A stretch of 64,000 nucleotides of DNA from Octopus vulgaris (Eukaryota), in assembly GCA_951406725.2 (NCBI GenBank), contig OX597830.1, positions 10,726,001-10,790,000 on the forward strand, in the 5' to 3' direction. Below, in pieces: positions 1-12,919 of this stretch. The notes under the pieces are model-generated. The model was not told where the DNA came from, did not search any database, and was given only the letters and a program-made list of their open reading frames with translations. Numbering within the stretch: position 1 is the first letter of the stretch; each line of letters opens with the position of its first letter. The translations under genes and the position numbers were made by a program.

Positions 1-14
1 GCAGAACCCTTACC

Positions 15-460
15 ATCATCATCATCACCATCATCATCATCATCTTCATTATCATCATCATCATTTAACATCCATTGTCCATACTGGACGGTTTGACTGG
101 GGCCGGTAAGCTGGAAAGCTGCACCAAACTTTAATTTGATTTGGCATAGTTTTCTAAGGTCAGATGCCCTTCCTAATGCCAACCACTCCGAGAGCGTAAT
201 GGGTGCTTTTATATGTCACTGACACAGTGCCATTTGTGTGACACCAATATCTGCCATGACTGTGATTTTGCTCGGCTTGATGGGTCTTCTTCACAAGCAT
301 GACATAAAGCCAAAGGTCTCGGTCATTGCCTCCGTGAGGCCCAACACTTGAAAGGAACTCAGCCACTTTGCCTCCATGAGGCCCAACGCTTGAAACGAAC
401 TCAGCCCAGTGCTCAAAAGGAACTCAGCCACTTTGCTTCTATGAGGCCCAACGCTCAGCA
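15..460 (-). mobile_element. SINE/LINE-tail-like repeat (family D) with (TGA)n tail and internal ~42-bp tandem duplications
   Basis: (CAT)n followed by 'tttaacatccatt...gatgcccttcctaatgccaaccactcc', a motif recurring across the window (e.g. 3385-3577 +, 43945-44107 -); 'ctcagccactttgc...gaggcccaac' is repeated at 330-455. Confidence 0.6.
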
Positions 461-1278
461 GTATTTCATCTGTCTTCACGTTCTGAGTTCAAATTCAGCC
501 ATGGTCGACTTTGCCTTTCATCATTTAGGGGTTGATAAATTAAGTACCAGTTTTAAATCTCCTTCCCCCAAATTGCAGGCCTTGTGCCAAAATTTGAAAT
601 CAATATGTGTGTTTGTGTATGCGTTTAGGGTTTCTGTATTTTTTACATGTTTGGTTAGCAATCACATGATGATGGGTTCAATACCAGTGCATGGCGCCAA
701 GTGAAAGTGTATAGCCCCATGTTGAGTTGATCAATACCCTGCGAATGGAAACTGTTTGGAAGCTCATTATCTATGTTATATATGATGCTCTTCCTGCCAA
801 CAACCCTTACCTGTTCCCTAGCAAGGTAATAACACTTTTTTCCATGACTGGTATGTTCCCATGGATGATCAGAAACAAATGACACTGCTTGTATGACAGT
901 GAAACTCATTTACAACAATCACATGATACTGAGACAAGGAGGTACAGACACAACTATACACACATCACGGTATCAACCAGACTATCAGACATTGTTATAC
1001 ATCGCTGGTCACAATGCACTTCACACAGTTTTAGCTTTTGAATGATGCCACTCCACTGGGTGGGGTGAGCAGGCTAACTTTTTCCCTGATTGGAAGACTA
1101 GTCTATTGCAGAGTTTCCCATTAATGGCTGAGTATACTGCAGCAACATGAATGAAGTGTTTTGCTCAAGAACAAAACACACTGCCCAGTCCAGGAACTGA
1201 ACCCATGATCTGGGGATTGTGAATGTATTACACAAACCACTAGGTCACACATCATTACATATACATATATTCTTTTTA

Positions 1279-1622
1279 GAAATATTGAATTTCTAAATGT
1301 CTCATAGAGACATGAGCGGTGGTGGAGTGATAGAGTGGTTGTATAAAGTAAACATAACGTGACAGTCCCATAAAGGGAATTACACCACCGCTGTTTAGCC
1401 CTAGGTAGCATCGAACGCTTCCTGTCGGCTTTGACACATTTCCTGTGTCCTTATATTTGCAAAGGGGAGGCAAGCACCCCCACCAGCTAGGACTAGCAAC
1501 CTGAAGACATGCATGTTTCTGGGTCTTGCCCGTCATCAGTCCAGGGTAGCGAGTCCCCGCTAGCGGTGATACTTGCCAAGCCTTTGCAAATATATCTATT
1601 TACAGTGAAATCTATTCAGTGG
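1279..1622 (-). mobile_element. Retrozyme-like monomer (~345 bp) carrying a hammerhead ribozyme
   Basis: Aligns by eye over its length with the 346-bp unit at 13737-14082 (shared blocks include tttctaaat, gacagtcc..aaaggga, tttagccctagg, ttgacacatttcctgtgtc, agtgaaat); contains inverted repeat 1452-1465/1581-1594. Confidence 0.75.
1500..1545 (-). ncRNA. Type I hammerhead ribozyme (minimal, palindromic stem III)
   Basis: Minus strand reads ccugga CUGAUGA cgggcaagaccca GAAA caugcaug UC uucagg: all core residues present, stem I ccugga/uucagg, stem II ggg/ccc (closing C.A mismatch), self-complementary acaugcaugu stem III, GUC triplet; predicted cleavage between 1506 and 1505. Confidence 0.8.
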
Positions 1623-1899
1623 TCACCGTAATTAGTTCACTGGTCACCATAAGGATTTCAAATATCAAAGTCCAATGAAAATGTATATTCCTTTACACTT
1701 GTATAGCCTTTACACTTACATCTATATATATATATATATGTATACAACAGGCTTCTTTCAGTTTCCACCTACCAAATCCACTCACAAGGCTTTGGTCAGC
1801 CTGAGGCTATAGTAGAAGACACTTGCTAAAGGGGTCACATTGTGGGACTGAATACAGAACCATGTAGTTGGGAAGCAAGGTTCTTACCACACACCCACA

Positions 1900-1900
<1 letters not shown>

Positions 1901-1972
<72 letters not shown>
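1901..1972. repeat. (TA)n microsatellite (representative of dozens of TA/CA/GA tracts)
   Basis: Direct observation. Confidence 0.95.
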
Positions 1973-1975
<3 letters not shown>

Positions 1976-2355
1976 GATGCATGTATACACACACACATGC
2001 ACATATATTTATTGAGAAAATGCTTTTTGCCACTTCATTTAAAAGTGAAAGTTGAATAAATAATGACTCTTTCTCTACCAACCTTCCTGAAACACTCTGC
2101 TCTTATTCTCTGATGCTAAATCTTTTTTATATGTATGTGTGTATGTGTATGTATATATATATATGTGTGTGTGTGTGTGTAGCTGAGGCTGTGTTGTTAA
2201 GAGGCTTACTTCCCAACTATGTTGATCTTGGGTTCATTACCACTGCATGGCACCTTAGATAAGTGCCTTCTACAGCTTTGAGACAACAAAAGTTGTGAGT
2301 CGACTTGGTAGATGGAAACTGAAAGAAGCTCATCATATATATATATATATTATAT

Positions 2356-2407
<52 letters not shown>

Positions 2408-2408
2408 G

Positions 2409-2491
<83 letters not shown>

Positions 2492-2914
2492 AGATGTCTG
2501 TCTAAATAAAACATTTAATATGATATATTATTTTATTAAACTGCAAAAGTGGTTATAGGAGTTTTCGCTAAGTGTAAATATGCCAATATATTTATTTCTC
2601 GTTACCACAACAACCACAGGCCAACCCAGTCATGTTAAGGTCTGGAAGTGCTGCTGAGATTAGCCGTGCTTCACCAAGCAGGTCAAATAATTAATTTATT
2701 TGTAAATAAACGAACCAGCTCTGCTGTATCTATATAAATCTATTTCTTTTGTTTGTTCAGTCAAGCATGTCTATTTATGTAGCATTAGTCACTTTAGCCA
2801 TGAAGCCTAAAATAAATCAAAGATAGAACAGAACACAGATGCATGCATGCATACACACATACACACACAGAGGCACACATGTATATGTATACTACATACA
2901 TATATATGTATGTA

Positions 2915-3074
2915 TGTGTGGCTGTGTGGTAAGAAGTTTACTTTCCAAGTATATGGTTCCAAGTTCAGTCCCACTGCATGGTACCTTGTGCAACAGTCTT
3001 CTATTAGATCATTGGACCATCTAAATCCTTGTGTGTGGATTTGGCACACCGAAACAGAAAGAAACCCTCCGTTT

Positions 3075-3113
<39 letters not shown>

Positions 3114-3240
3114 CGTGCGTCTGTGTGTGTGCATGTGTGTCCCCCATCACCACTTGACAACCAGTGTTGGTATGTTTAAGTCGCCGTAACTTAACAGTTT
3201 GGCAAAAGATACTGACAGAATAAAAACCAGGCTTTAAGAA
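2915..3240 (+). mobile_element. tRNA-derived SINE family A (degenerate copy)
   Basis: Head 'gtggctgtgtggtaag...ttcagtcccactgc' (A/B-box-like) and body shared with 30655-31030. Confidence 0.7.
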
Positions 3241-3272
3241 CCAAGGATGGTTCGTTTGAAGGTTGATACAAT

Positions 3273-3311
<39 letters not shown>

Positions 3312-3348
3312 CAAATTTCTATTGAATTTTTTGCTACCCTTATATTGA

Positions 3349-3381
<33 letters not shown>

Positions 3382-3586
3382 CGTGCAGGTGGCACGTAAA
3401 AGCACCCACTACACTCACGGAGTGGTTGGCATTAGGAAGGGCATCCAGCTGTAGAAACATTGCCAGATTAGACTGGAGCCTGGTGCAGCCTTCTGGCTTC
3501 CCAGATCCCGGTCGAACCGTCCAACCCATGCTAGCATGGAGAACGGACGTTAAACGACGATGATGATGATGATGATATAGTGAGAA

Positions 3587-3789
3587 TTAACAGAAAAATA
3601 AAAGACGAAGACAGGTGTGTAAACAACAAACAGATGGATTAGTTTAACGTTCGGGAAGTGAGAAATTCTTTTACGTTTCGACCCTACGCTCTTCAGCAGA
3701 AAGGAACACAGAAATAAACAGGGAGAGGAAACAAAAAGTGGGAGGGAAAATAAAAAAGGTTTAGTGGCTAGCAATCTATCATGGCGAAT
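3587..3789 (-). mobile_element. ~190-bp Penelope-like non-autonomous repeat with minimal hammerhead-like motif
   Basis: Homologous to 33686-33861 and 49300-49485; motif at 3668-3703 reads cuuu CUGCUGAA gagcguaggguc GAAACGUA aaag on the minus strand. Confidence 0.6.
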
Positions 3790-4917
3790 GTGTGTGTGTA
3801 TATATATCTCTTATGATAAAAGGCAGATTTTCTCTGCCTCCCAAATCGTTCGTTTTTTATACAATTGTACAATATAGAATTTCTTCAATTGGAATTTACC
3901 TATCATTTTTTCCAAGTAGATTCCATTGGGTCATGGCATGTAAAGTTTTTTCAATTTCACCCCCAATTAAGCAAAAATTCGAGAAAACTCAATATTTTAC
4001 AATTTCCCTCTTTCATTTCAAGTGCTTCACTCCTTCCATTACCACTACACTTTCTCCTCCTTTCTCTTTGCAAGTGTGCAACAATTAAAGTGAAAGTATT
4101 TTTATAACAGGGACGAGTCATTAATACTGGTCATCCTTTTTGCTAGAGGAAGATCCGCTATGGTCTTATATGCTACACCACTGGTTTTCAATTCATATTA
4201 ATCAAATTAATATTCAATTTTTCACCCTTATTATGTGTGTGTGTGTGTGTGTGTATTAGCAATTCATATAAAATTGCATCAATGACTTGAACTTCAATAA
4301 GTGGTTTCACATAAATGGGGATAAATTGAAAAGGTTTGTTGTTATTATTATTACTATTTGACTATTGTAATCACATTTGTTGGTTCCTCATCAGGGAAAC
4401 GTTGTTGTGTTGCATTTGTTAAATAATTGTAAACCGTAACCCTCCCCCTTTCGGAAAAGGGGCTTTGGTTATTGTTTCAAAATTGAATTGTCACCCTGTT
4501 TGGGGAAATTGACAATATTTTCACCATCTTTACGGAAGCATTTTTGTTAAAATTACTTTCGATAGAAGAAAGTCCAAAAGTGAATTTCGCTGCAGCCGTA
4601 CACTTCTATACAAGAAGGAAGACAAGATCCAATTGATCGAAATTGCAAGAGACGGGCCTACAATTCCAGTCTGTTATATATTTTGAGTATTGTTATCACT
4701 AGCGATATCAAGATATAACTTTGTATTTTGTATTTTATGTGTAGATGTATATATATATATAGATGTACATGTAATACGTACATATATATATATATAAACA
4801 CATTTATACATGCATAATATATCTACCCATACACACACACGTACTCATACACACACATACATAGGGGCAGGTGTGGCTGTGTGGTAACAAACTACGTTCG
4901 AAGATACTGTACTTGAT

Positions 4918-6135
4918 ATGGGCGGTAGTGCCTTGCCGGTTTATGGCCTACCTTCAACAAACCGGGAAGGCACAAACACTCTGTCTTCACATTTGCTGCA
5001 TGAGACATGTTTTAATGTTGACGAGCTTGCCGAGTACATAACCGACAATGAGCCAAAGCTCCTTCCAGAACAGAAGTTCGCTTACAACTCCATTGTTAAT
5101 TCAGTCCGGGCCAAAGCTGGGAGGATTTTTTTCCTGGACGCTCCTGGGGGCACTGGGAAAACTTTTCTCAACAAATTAATATTGGCTGAGATTAGGCAAA
5201 CACAAGGCATTGCATTAGCTGTGGTATCATCTGGAATTGCGGCTACTTTGTTGCCAGGCGGCAGGACAGCTCACTCCACTTTCAAGCTTCCGCTTGACTT
5301 AGCGAAGACTGAGACACCAACTTGCAACATCAGTAACAGCTCCGATCAGGCAGAAGTCTTCAGACGATGCAAGCTTATCGTTTGGGATGAATGCACGATG
5401 GCCTACAGAGGTGCTCTTGAGGCACTAGATAGATCTCTCAGAGACATCAAACACTCTTCAGCTCACATGGGAGGCATAACACTTCTTCTTTCAGGGGACT
5501 TCCGACAAACACTTTCCGTTATTCCCAAAGGGACTAGAACTGATGCAGTAAGTGCGTGTCTTAAGTCATCCACATTGTGGCCACTTGTGAAGACTCTCAA
5601 ACTTCACACCAATAGGCGTGCTCATATGCGATGTAATATCACATCAGCAGCATTTTCTCACACCCTCCTTGCATTTGGCAAAGGAAAAATACCAGGAGAT
5701 GAAAATGGTAATATTGCCATCGATTCCATTTGTACCATTGTTAAGACGCCTTCTGATCTCAGAGATGCAGTGTTCCCAGATCTACAAGCTAATTATCAGA
5801 ATATGGATTGGATTGGCAAAAAGGCTATACTGGCCCCGAGGAATAAAACTGTTCACCATATTAATGATGAAATGCTAAAACTCATTCCTGGGGATGTCTA
5901 TGTATATCAGTCTATCGATACAACTCCTGACCCAGAGGACGTCATCAACTATCCAATAGAGGTACTCAATTCCTTTGAGCCCCCCGGACTACCACCACAC
6001 ATTCTCAAACTTAAAGTTGGTGCCCCTATAATGCTCATTAGAAATTTGGTTCCTCCAAAACAATGCAATGGCACACGTTTGATCGTTAAGTCCTTATCTC
6101 CCACCGTAAACTTATATCAATATTTGCCTGAATAA
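4918..6135 (+). pseudogene. Helitron Rep/Helicase fragment: Pif1-family (SF1B) helicase domain, truncated at both ends
   Basis: Walker A LDAPGGTGKTF, SSGIAATLLPGGRTAHSTFKLP, Walker B LIVWDECTM, LLSGDFRQ, ILAPRN, PPHILKLKVGAPIMLIRNL, CNGTRL; no HUH/Rep domain upstream and the C-terminal helicase motifs are missing; a Helitron 3' end follows ~50 bp later. Confidence 0.9.
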
Positions 6136-6181
6136 TCATCATAATTCAGTGCAATCATTAACAGTACTTTCAAGCAATTCA

Positions 6182-6211
6182 GCCCCGAGCATCGCCGGGC
6201 AATTCTGCTAG
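6182..6211 (+). mobile_element. Helitron 3' terminus (GC-rich hairpin + CTAG)
   Basis: gccccgagcatcgccgggc imperfect palindrome, then aattctg-CTAG followed by T; same layout as 40580-40607 on the minus strand. Confidence 0.85.
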
Positions 6212-6213
6212 TA

Positions 6214-6570
6214 TCTCTCTATATATAAATGGCAGTTTGTCTGTGTGTGTTTCTGTGTGTCTGTTTGCTTGTACCCTCACCCTGACCACGGCTTTCAACC
6301 GATTCTGATGAAACTTGACACACACATAGCCCAATGTCATAATTCAAAACTAACGCAGCGAAAATTTTGAAAAGTTCCCCCAGTTCTGAAAAAAATCGAT
6401 AAATTCGACATGGGGTCGAGAATCAGAAACACAAACCACAGACTGTCTAGGGGACGCAACTCGACCTTTTTTAACTCTCAAAAAATTTACCAACTTTTTT
6501 TTTCCATTTTTTTGCTATTTTTTGGCTATTTTTTGCTATTTTTTGGCTATTTTTTTACTATTTTTTGGTA
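6214..6570 (+). mobile_element. 5' portion of a Helitron
   Basis: A|TCTCTCTATATATAAA 5' end; 6222-6424 is near-identical to the reverse complement of 40777-40975, the 5' half of a complete short Helitron. Confidence 0.8.
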
Positions 6571-7530
6571 CTTCATCTCATGTCTTCCTGGATCTCCCAT
6601 TTTCACATGTTCCATCCACTTTTTAAGCTGGCATCAGTTTCACAGATGATCATTGCCATTGGAATCAGCACATATTCAGAGGGGGTGTCTGTCTACTTTG
6701 ATGGGTCTGGAGACCTCAGCCTGCTCACATTTCTTTATTTCCAGCTTGGTTTCAATGGTCAGAAGCTCTTCTTAACATCAACCACTTTAGGGATTGAGTG
6801 CTTTTTAATGGCACCAACACTAGAGGGGTATCATGTCCAACACAAGACTAAAGAGCTCTCACAACCTTGTGCTTTGTTTACTTCCTGTATCAGAGAGATA
6901 CCCACGTTCTCCACACAATTAAAAGTGTCTCACAACCACTATGCCTGAGCTCGACGTCTGACCTCTTTACAGAGTGAGAAACTGTAAGGATAGAGCCATG
7001 AAGATAGTGGTAAGAGAGATGTGTGATAAAGGGTGGAGTGCTAGAAACACTCAGTATTCTGAGATAGTGTTGCAAATAGAACGTCTTTTGTAGGTAAGGC
7101 TGCATGTAAATGATGTAACAACACCATGTGAACATTTAATAATAATGTTTATTTCATTGCACAAGTAATATTCAGGTTGATCATAAGTTATTAAGTTCCA
7201 TAAGCCAACACAACTGAAGGAATAATTCAGCAGCATTTATCAATGGTTGACTACTAAAGTTCTGTATTGAAGCTTGCCAAGACAGCAGATAATATACACA
7301 ATATATTCATATCAGCCAACTATAACAATATATCAAGGTTGAGCATGGAGATGTGAAAAGCAACTATTATAAATGGCAACAGAGTGTGGAGCTGGACCAC
7401 AGGTTATCATTCATTGAAGCATGATGTGAGCTATGTGAAAATGAATCAGCCAGTCTTTGTGCAAACAGGTTGACCAGAGTGAAGATGACATTCTGCCTGA
7501 ACATCTATGAGACTGCAGATTTAGTGCACA

Positions 7531-7873
7531 TCATCATCATCATTGTTCAACCGTGGTCGAGACAATGGAATTTACTATGTTATGCCAGACTTCACGGTCA
7601 ATCATAGCATTACGGAGGTCCTGTTGCTGGATGCCTGTATCCCTGGAGATTACATTAGGGTAGGAGAGTGTGCGCCCTCTGGTATCGCGAGCAGATGGCT
7701 TCCAGAGGAGAAGAGTAGAAATTACCTCGTTTTCAGCTCTACAACAATGTCCAGCAAACTGGACTCTTCTACCTTTCACAAGAGATGACACAAGTGGTAG
7801 TTTTCCATATATTTGTACTTTGGTTGGATGACGGTTCCACGAGAGACTTTGAGCTCTCATAAGGAGGAATAAT
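7531..7873 (-). mobile_element. 5'-truncated RTE-like LINE (ORF C-terminus, (TGA)n tail, TSD)
   Basis: Peptide ...LSWNRHPTKVQIYGKLP...RRVQFAGHCCRAE...LLLWKP...DREVW matches the RTE/RTEX C-terminal pattern; ~17-bp TSD ctgcagatttagtgcaca (7513-7530) / ctgtagattagtgcaca (7874-7890). Confidence 0.85.
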
Positions 7874-8254
7874 CTGTAGATTAGTGCACAAATCAAACCT
7901 ATTTACAACCCTTGAACTGAGACATTCCAGTATGGTCTAGATTGATCTATCATGCGAAGTTTCACTGTTGATTGGTCAATAACTCAGCCTCTCACATGAA
8001 CAAGATTGTGCTATGTCATCACTTAAACTTCATAATCTGACAATTCAGTTTCAATCCTTGCTGCAATAGGTATGTACATGGTTTCAAGGTAATGCAATGT
8101 GCCTGGGATGATGGAGATGGAATGACGGAGGTCTCTGCATCATGCATATGTCAGCATAAGCTTGTGTGTGTGTGTTGGGTGTGAAGGGTGCACATGTGCA
8201 TAAAATAACGTACCAGTCAATAAATGAGGTAAATATAATCACTTTGTATCCTCT

Positions 8255-8704
8255 CCTGGCAGAATCATTATCAAGCTGAATGAAATACTTAGCAACATTT
8301 TCTGTAACACATTACATTCTGAGTTCAAATGCTGCCAAGGTCAGCTTTGCAGTTCATCCTTTTGGAGTTGATGAAATAAGTACCAGATAAACACGGGGGG
8401 CGATGTAATTGGTTTACCCCAAACTTCCTGGCTTTCTGCCTAAATTTGGAATGATTACAATTAATTTAAATAATAATAATGATAATTATTATCATTATTA
8501 TTAAGGTGATGAGCTGGCAGAATCGTTAGCATGCTGGGTGAAATGCTTAGTGGTCGACTTTGCCATTCATCCTTTCAGGATCAATTAATTAAGTACCAGT
8601 TACACACTGGGGTCGATGTAATCGACGCATCCACACCTCCCCAATGTGCCCTTGTGGCAAAAATTTGAAATAATAAATATTATTATTATTATTATTGTTA
8701 TTAC

Positions 8705-8738
<34 letters not shown>

Positions 8739-8973
8739 GTTATTTTTATTATCAAGGCGGTGAGCTTGCAGAACCATTAACACTCCCTACAGAGTGCTTA
8801 GTGGCACTTCGTTTGTCCTTATGTTCTGAGTTCAAATCCCGCCGAAGTCGACTTTGCCTTTTATTCTTTTGGGGTCAATAAATTACATACCAGTGAAACA
8901 CTGGGGTGTATGTAATTGATTAGACCCCACTCCCTCTAAATTTTAGGCCTTGTGCCTTTAGGAGAAAGGATTA

Positions 8974-9016
<43 letters not shown>

Positions 9017-9240
9017 GGTGGTTAAAGCGGTGAGCTTGCATAATCGTTAAGCACACTGCGTGAAATGCTTAGCGGTATTTTGCCCATCACTACATTCTGA
9101 GTTCAAATTCCACCGAGGTCGACATTGCTTTTAATCCTTTCAGGGTCAATGCCAAAAGCACCAGTGATGCACTGGGGTCAATGTAATCAACTTAATACCC
9201 TTCCACAAGCTGCCCTTGTGGCAAAATTTTGATATCATCA
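8255..9240 (+). mobile_element. Cluster of four family-B SINEs separated by (ATT)n tracts
   Basis: Repeated 'gagctggcagaa...ttctgagttcaaat...gtcgactttgcctttcatcctttcggggtc...aagtaccag'; the central block resembles the MetaSINE-type conserved domain (recall). Confidence 0.75.
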
Positions 9241-9696
9241 TTATTATTATTATGGTGGTTACATTTCTTCCTGTATCTCTGCTTTTGTTTTTTGTATTTT
9301 GTTAATTGCTTTATCATAACTGTTTTTTTATATTTTGCCATATCAGTTGTGAGTTTTAAGTTTTGGCTCATAGCCACCATACTGTTTTCATTATAAAACC
9401 AAAATCACACACACACACACACATATTCCCTTGCTTCGACTTCCTTCTTCCTCAATATATCAAGATGTCTGCATTGTTTTTTGTTGTTTTTTTTTGCTTT
9501 GTTTTATACTTTCTTTCTTGGAGAAAAACTGGTTCCATGAATGAACCAGCAAAAAGATAAAGCTGGCACTCGGGTGGGGTACCCTGTCTCGCCAAAGGCT
9601 GTACCATACCCTTCACAACTGAGTCACTCTGATAAACTCGAAGACTGCTTTGTACAATTGTAGTTTTGTCTCCAGCTGTCTTAGTTTTCTATTGTG

Positions 9697-9737
<41 letters not shown>

Positions 9738-9808
9738 GTGTGTTTAAGCAAGAAAGAGGAGGGCAGAGAGGAAGAGAGAAAGTATGCAAAAGAGAGGGTG
9801 AGTGTGTG

Positions 9809-9844
<36 letters not shown>

Positions 9845-9930
9845 TGGGTAAGCAAGAAAGAGAAGGAGAGGAAGAAAGAGAGAAAGTGTGTAAAAGAGAG
9901 AGTGAGTGTGTGCACAAAAGAGAGAGAATG

Positions 9931-9965
<35 letters not shown>

Positions 9966-10216
9966 ATGTAATAAAAGAGAGTGTGTGTGTGAGAGAGAGA
10001 GAGAAAGAAAATGTGTATATGTGGGTGAGTGTATGAGAGAGAGAGAATATGTGTACGTGTGTGTGTGCATGCATATATGTGCACATGTGTGTATGCATGT
10101 GTGTGTGATGTGCTCGAGAGAGAGAGTGTGTGCGTAAATGCAGATGTGAGTGTACGAGTGTGTATGAGCGAGAGTTTGAGAGAATGTAGGCATGTGTTGT
10201 TTAAGACATGAGAGAA

Positions 10217-10249
<33 letters not shown>

Positions 10250-10364
10250 GTACATGCATGTTTACTTTCCAAAGGAGACAATGGGATCTGCTGCAGCTCC
10301 CTGAGTTGCCAGTCCTACCAAACCACCCAACCCATGTCAGCATAAAGAATGGATCATATACACT

Positions 10365-11445
10365 TTTCTATTCTAGGCACAAGGCCTGAAATTTGGGGGG
10401 AGTGGGGGCAGTCGATTAGATCAACCCCAGAATGCAACTGGTACTTAATTTATCGACCCCAAGAGGATGAAAGGTAAAGTTGACCTTGGTGGAATTTGAA
10501 CTCAGAATGTAAAGTCAGACGAAATACCCTAAGTATTTCCCCCGGTGTGCTAACATTTCTGCCAGCTCGCTGCCTTATATCTATCATATGTAACAAGACA
10601 ATTGGGTGAAGCATTAAATAGATTGTTCCTTCCGTGGCTCTCCCTATTTATAGCTATACTGAACATACTGTGTTTCATTCAACATCCTATAATAACCCTT
10701 ATTCAGAGATGGGTTACTCGACCTGAAGAAAATTCTAAGTGGGCCCCATCTGCAAGGTCATGCACTGTTTATCTTGATATGAGATCCCCTTGTTGTGCAC
10801 ATATGGTTGTGATGCATGTGCCTGGTGTACCCTTATCAGACGGTAGTCATGGTGGGCATACTGGGCTTCGTATATTTTACCACAATGTCACTTTGATAGC
10901 ATGCACTGCTCTCTCACTCAATAATAATAATAATAATAATGATGATGATGATGATTCTTTCTGCTATAGGCACAAGGCCTGAAATTTGGGGGATAGGGAC
11001 TGGTTGATTACATCAACCCCAGTGCTCAGCTGGTATTTATTTCATTGACCCTGAAAGACCAAAAGGCAAAGTCAACCTCGGTGGAATTTGAACTCAGAAC
11101 GTAATGCATTTTGCCGGCATGCTATCACTTCTACCAGTTCATTGCCCTTTATGATGATGATGATGATGATGATGATGATAACAATAAGAATAATAATTTC
11201 AAATTTTGGTACATGGTCAGCAATTCCAGGGGAGGTGTAAGTTGACTACATCAACCCCCAGTGCGCAACTGGTACTTATTTTATTGACCCTGAAAGGATG
11301 AAAGGCAAAGGTGACCTCAGTGGAATTTGAACTCAGAATGTAACAACAGGTGAAATGCTGCTAAGCATTTTTGCCAGCCTGCTAATGATTCTGCCAGCTC
11401 ACCGCCTTAACAACAATAACAAATAATAATAATAAAAATAATAAA

Positions 11446-11476
<31 letters not shown>

Positions 11477-11680
11477 GTTTCAAATTTTGGCACAAGGCCA
11501 GCAAGTTTGGGGGGGTGTTAAGGTCATTTCAGCTCAACTGCTATTTATTTTATCAACCCTGAGAGAATGAAAGGCAGAGTTGGCCATGGTGGAATTTGAA
11601 CTTACAATGTAAAGACAAACAAAATACCACTAAACATGTTACCAAGCATGCTAACATTTCTGCCAGCTCACTGCCTTATA
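10365..11680 (-). mobile_element. Cluster of family-B SINEs (minus strand) plus a partial 560-bp repeat
   Basis: Reverse complements of the same family-B motifs at ~10365-10577, 10955-11150, 11195-11410 and 11475-11680. Confidence 0.7.
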
Positions 11681-11724
11681 TGATGATGATGATGATAACG
11701 ACAATAAGAATAATAATAACGATG

Positions 11725-11757
<33 letters not shown>

Positions 11758-12665
11758 TCTCTTTTAATTGCAAAGACTTAAATAAGTAAAGAATTTCTGT
11801 AAACATGAAGATCTTTGGTTAGACATTAATTATTCATCTTTGACGATTCCATCACCATTATTTATTCCTGAGCAGCTTTTTATCAGCAATTTCTGTTATT
11901 TCAGATGTCTTTTAGTCAGGTTCAATAAGGAAATTCCACTGAGTTTAGCTAAATAGCTGCATATTTTGTTTTGTCTATTTATTATTTCAGGAAAAGGTTT
12001 ATTAATGTTTTTCCCCTGTATACCTACAATAGCTCCATATTGAGCCACCATCACCACCCCATACACATCACCCACGTACCCCTATTTAATATTACAGCTC
12101 CCGTTTTATACCTACATTCAGTCCATAACCCAGTCCAATGAGTTCAGAACTTCGTACCCTCATCTACACAACATTCACTGACTGACTTTCTGAAAAGCCA
12201 GACACCTCCCCACCTCTTCCAACACCAACCAACCACCCTTACCCCTAACTTTATTTACAATCTGCGTGTGTGTATTTATGCACCAAGCACCGATATGAGA
12301 AGGTACATCTAGGCTAATAACATAGTATTTGGTTTTCTAACAAGACATCCATATTTAGTTGGATATAAAGATTACTTTTTGGTACTAATACTGATTCCGT
12401 CACTATCTATTTGTGACATCAGTGTCTGAGAAGATGCTGGTATTCTATATATCGTAACAGCAAGAGTTGACTTGTATGCAGTGACTGGATGCCTCCCACA
12501 GATGATTTCCAGTAGAATGAAATCACGGGACAATCTATATGATACTGTTGTGTTTAGAGCTCTTCATAGATTATCATAATCCAATCTGTTCCCTGTATAA
12601 CTGTTAAGTAACATCTATACTGAATAGCATTACAAGTCATCCTTATCATATATATACACACATAT

Positions 12666-12711
<46 letters not shown>

Positions 12712-12919
12712 TTTATTATTATAGTTGCAAAAACATCATAAAAATATTTCAGAAAAATGCTACTCAGAGTTTCACATCTGTTCATTGGACAGTTTAGATT
12801 GAGAATTTTTTTGTGAGGTTTTGCAGCTTTAATGATAATAAAGCATATTACTCTACCTCTAGTATTCGAGTACTAATTTTTCCCACCTTGTTTCACATCT
12901 ATGTGCTTACTTTGGTATA

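Noticed and set aside
4612-4652. Hairpin gatccaattgatc followed by GAAA and palindrome ttgcaa
   Set aside because: No CUGANGA box upstream and no stem I
4918-6135. Host PIF1 gene
   Set aside because: Intronless, Helitron-type motif spacing, truncated, and followed by a Helitron hairpin-CTAG terminus
12494-12530. Hammerhead-like string cccaCAGATGA...GAAAtcacggg
   Set aside because: The core has A at U4 and there is no stem III; it may be a decayed motif but cannot be supported
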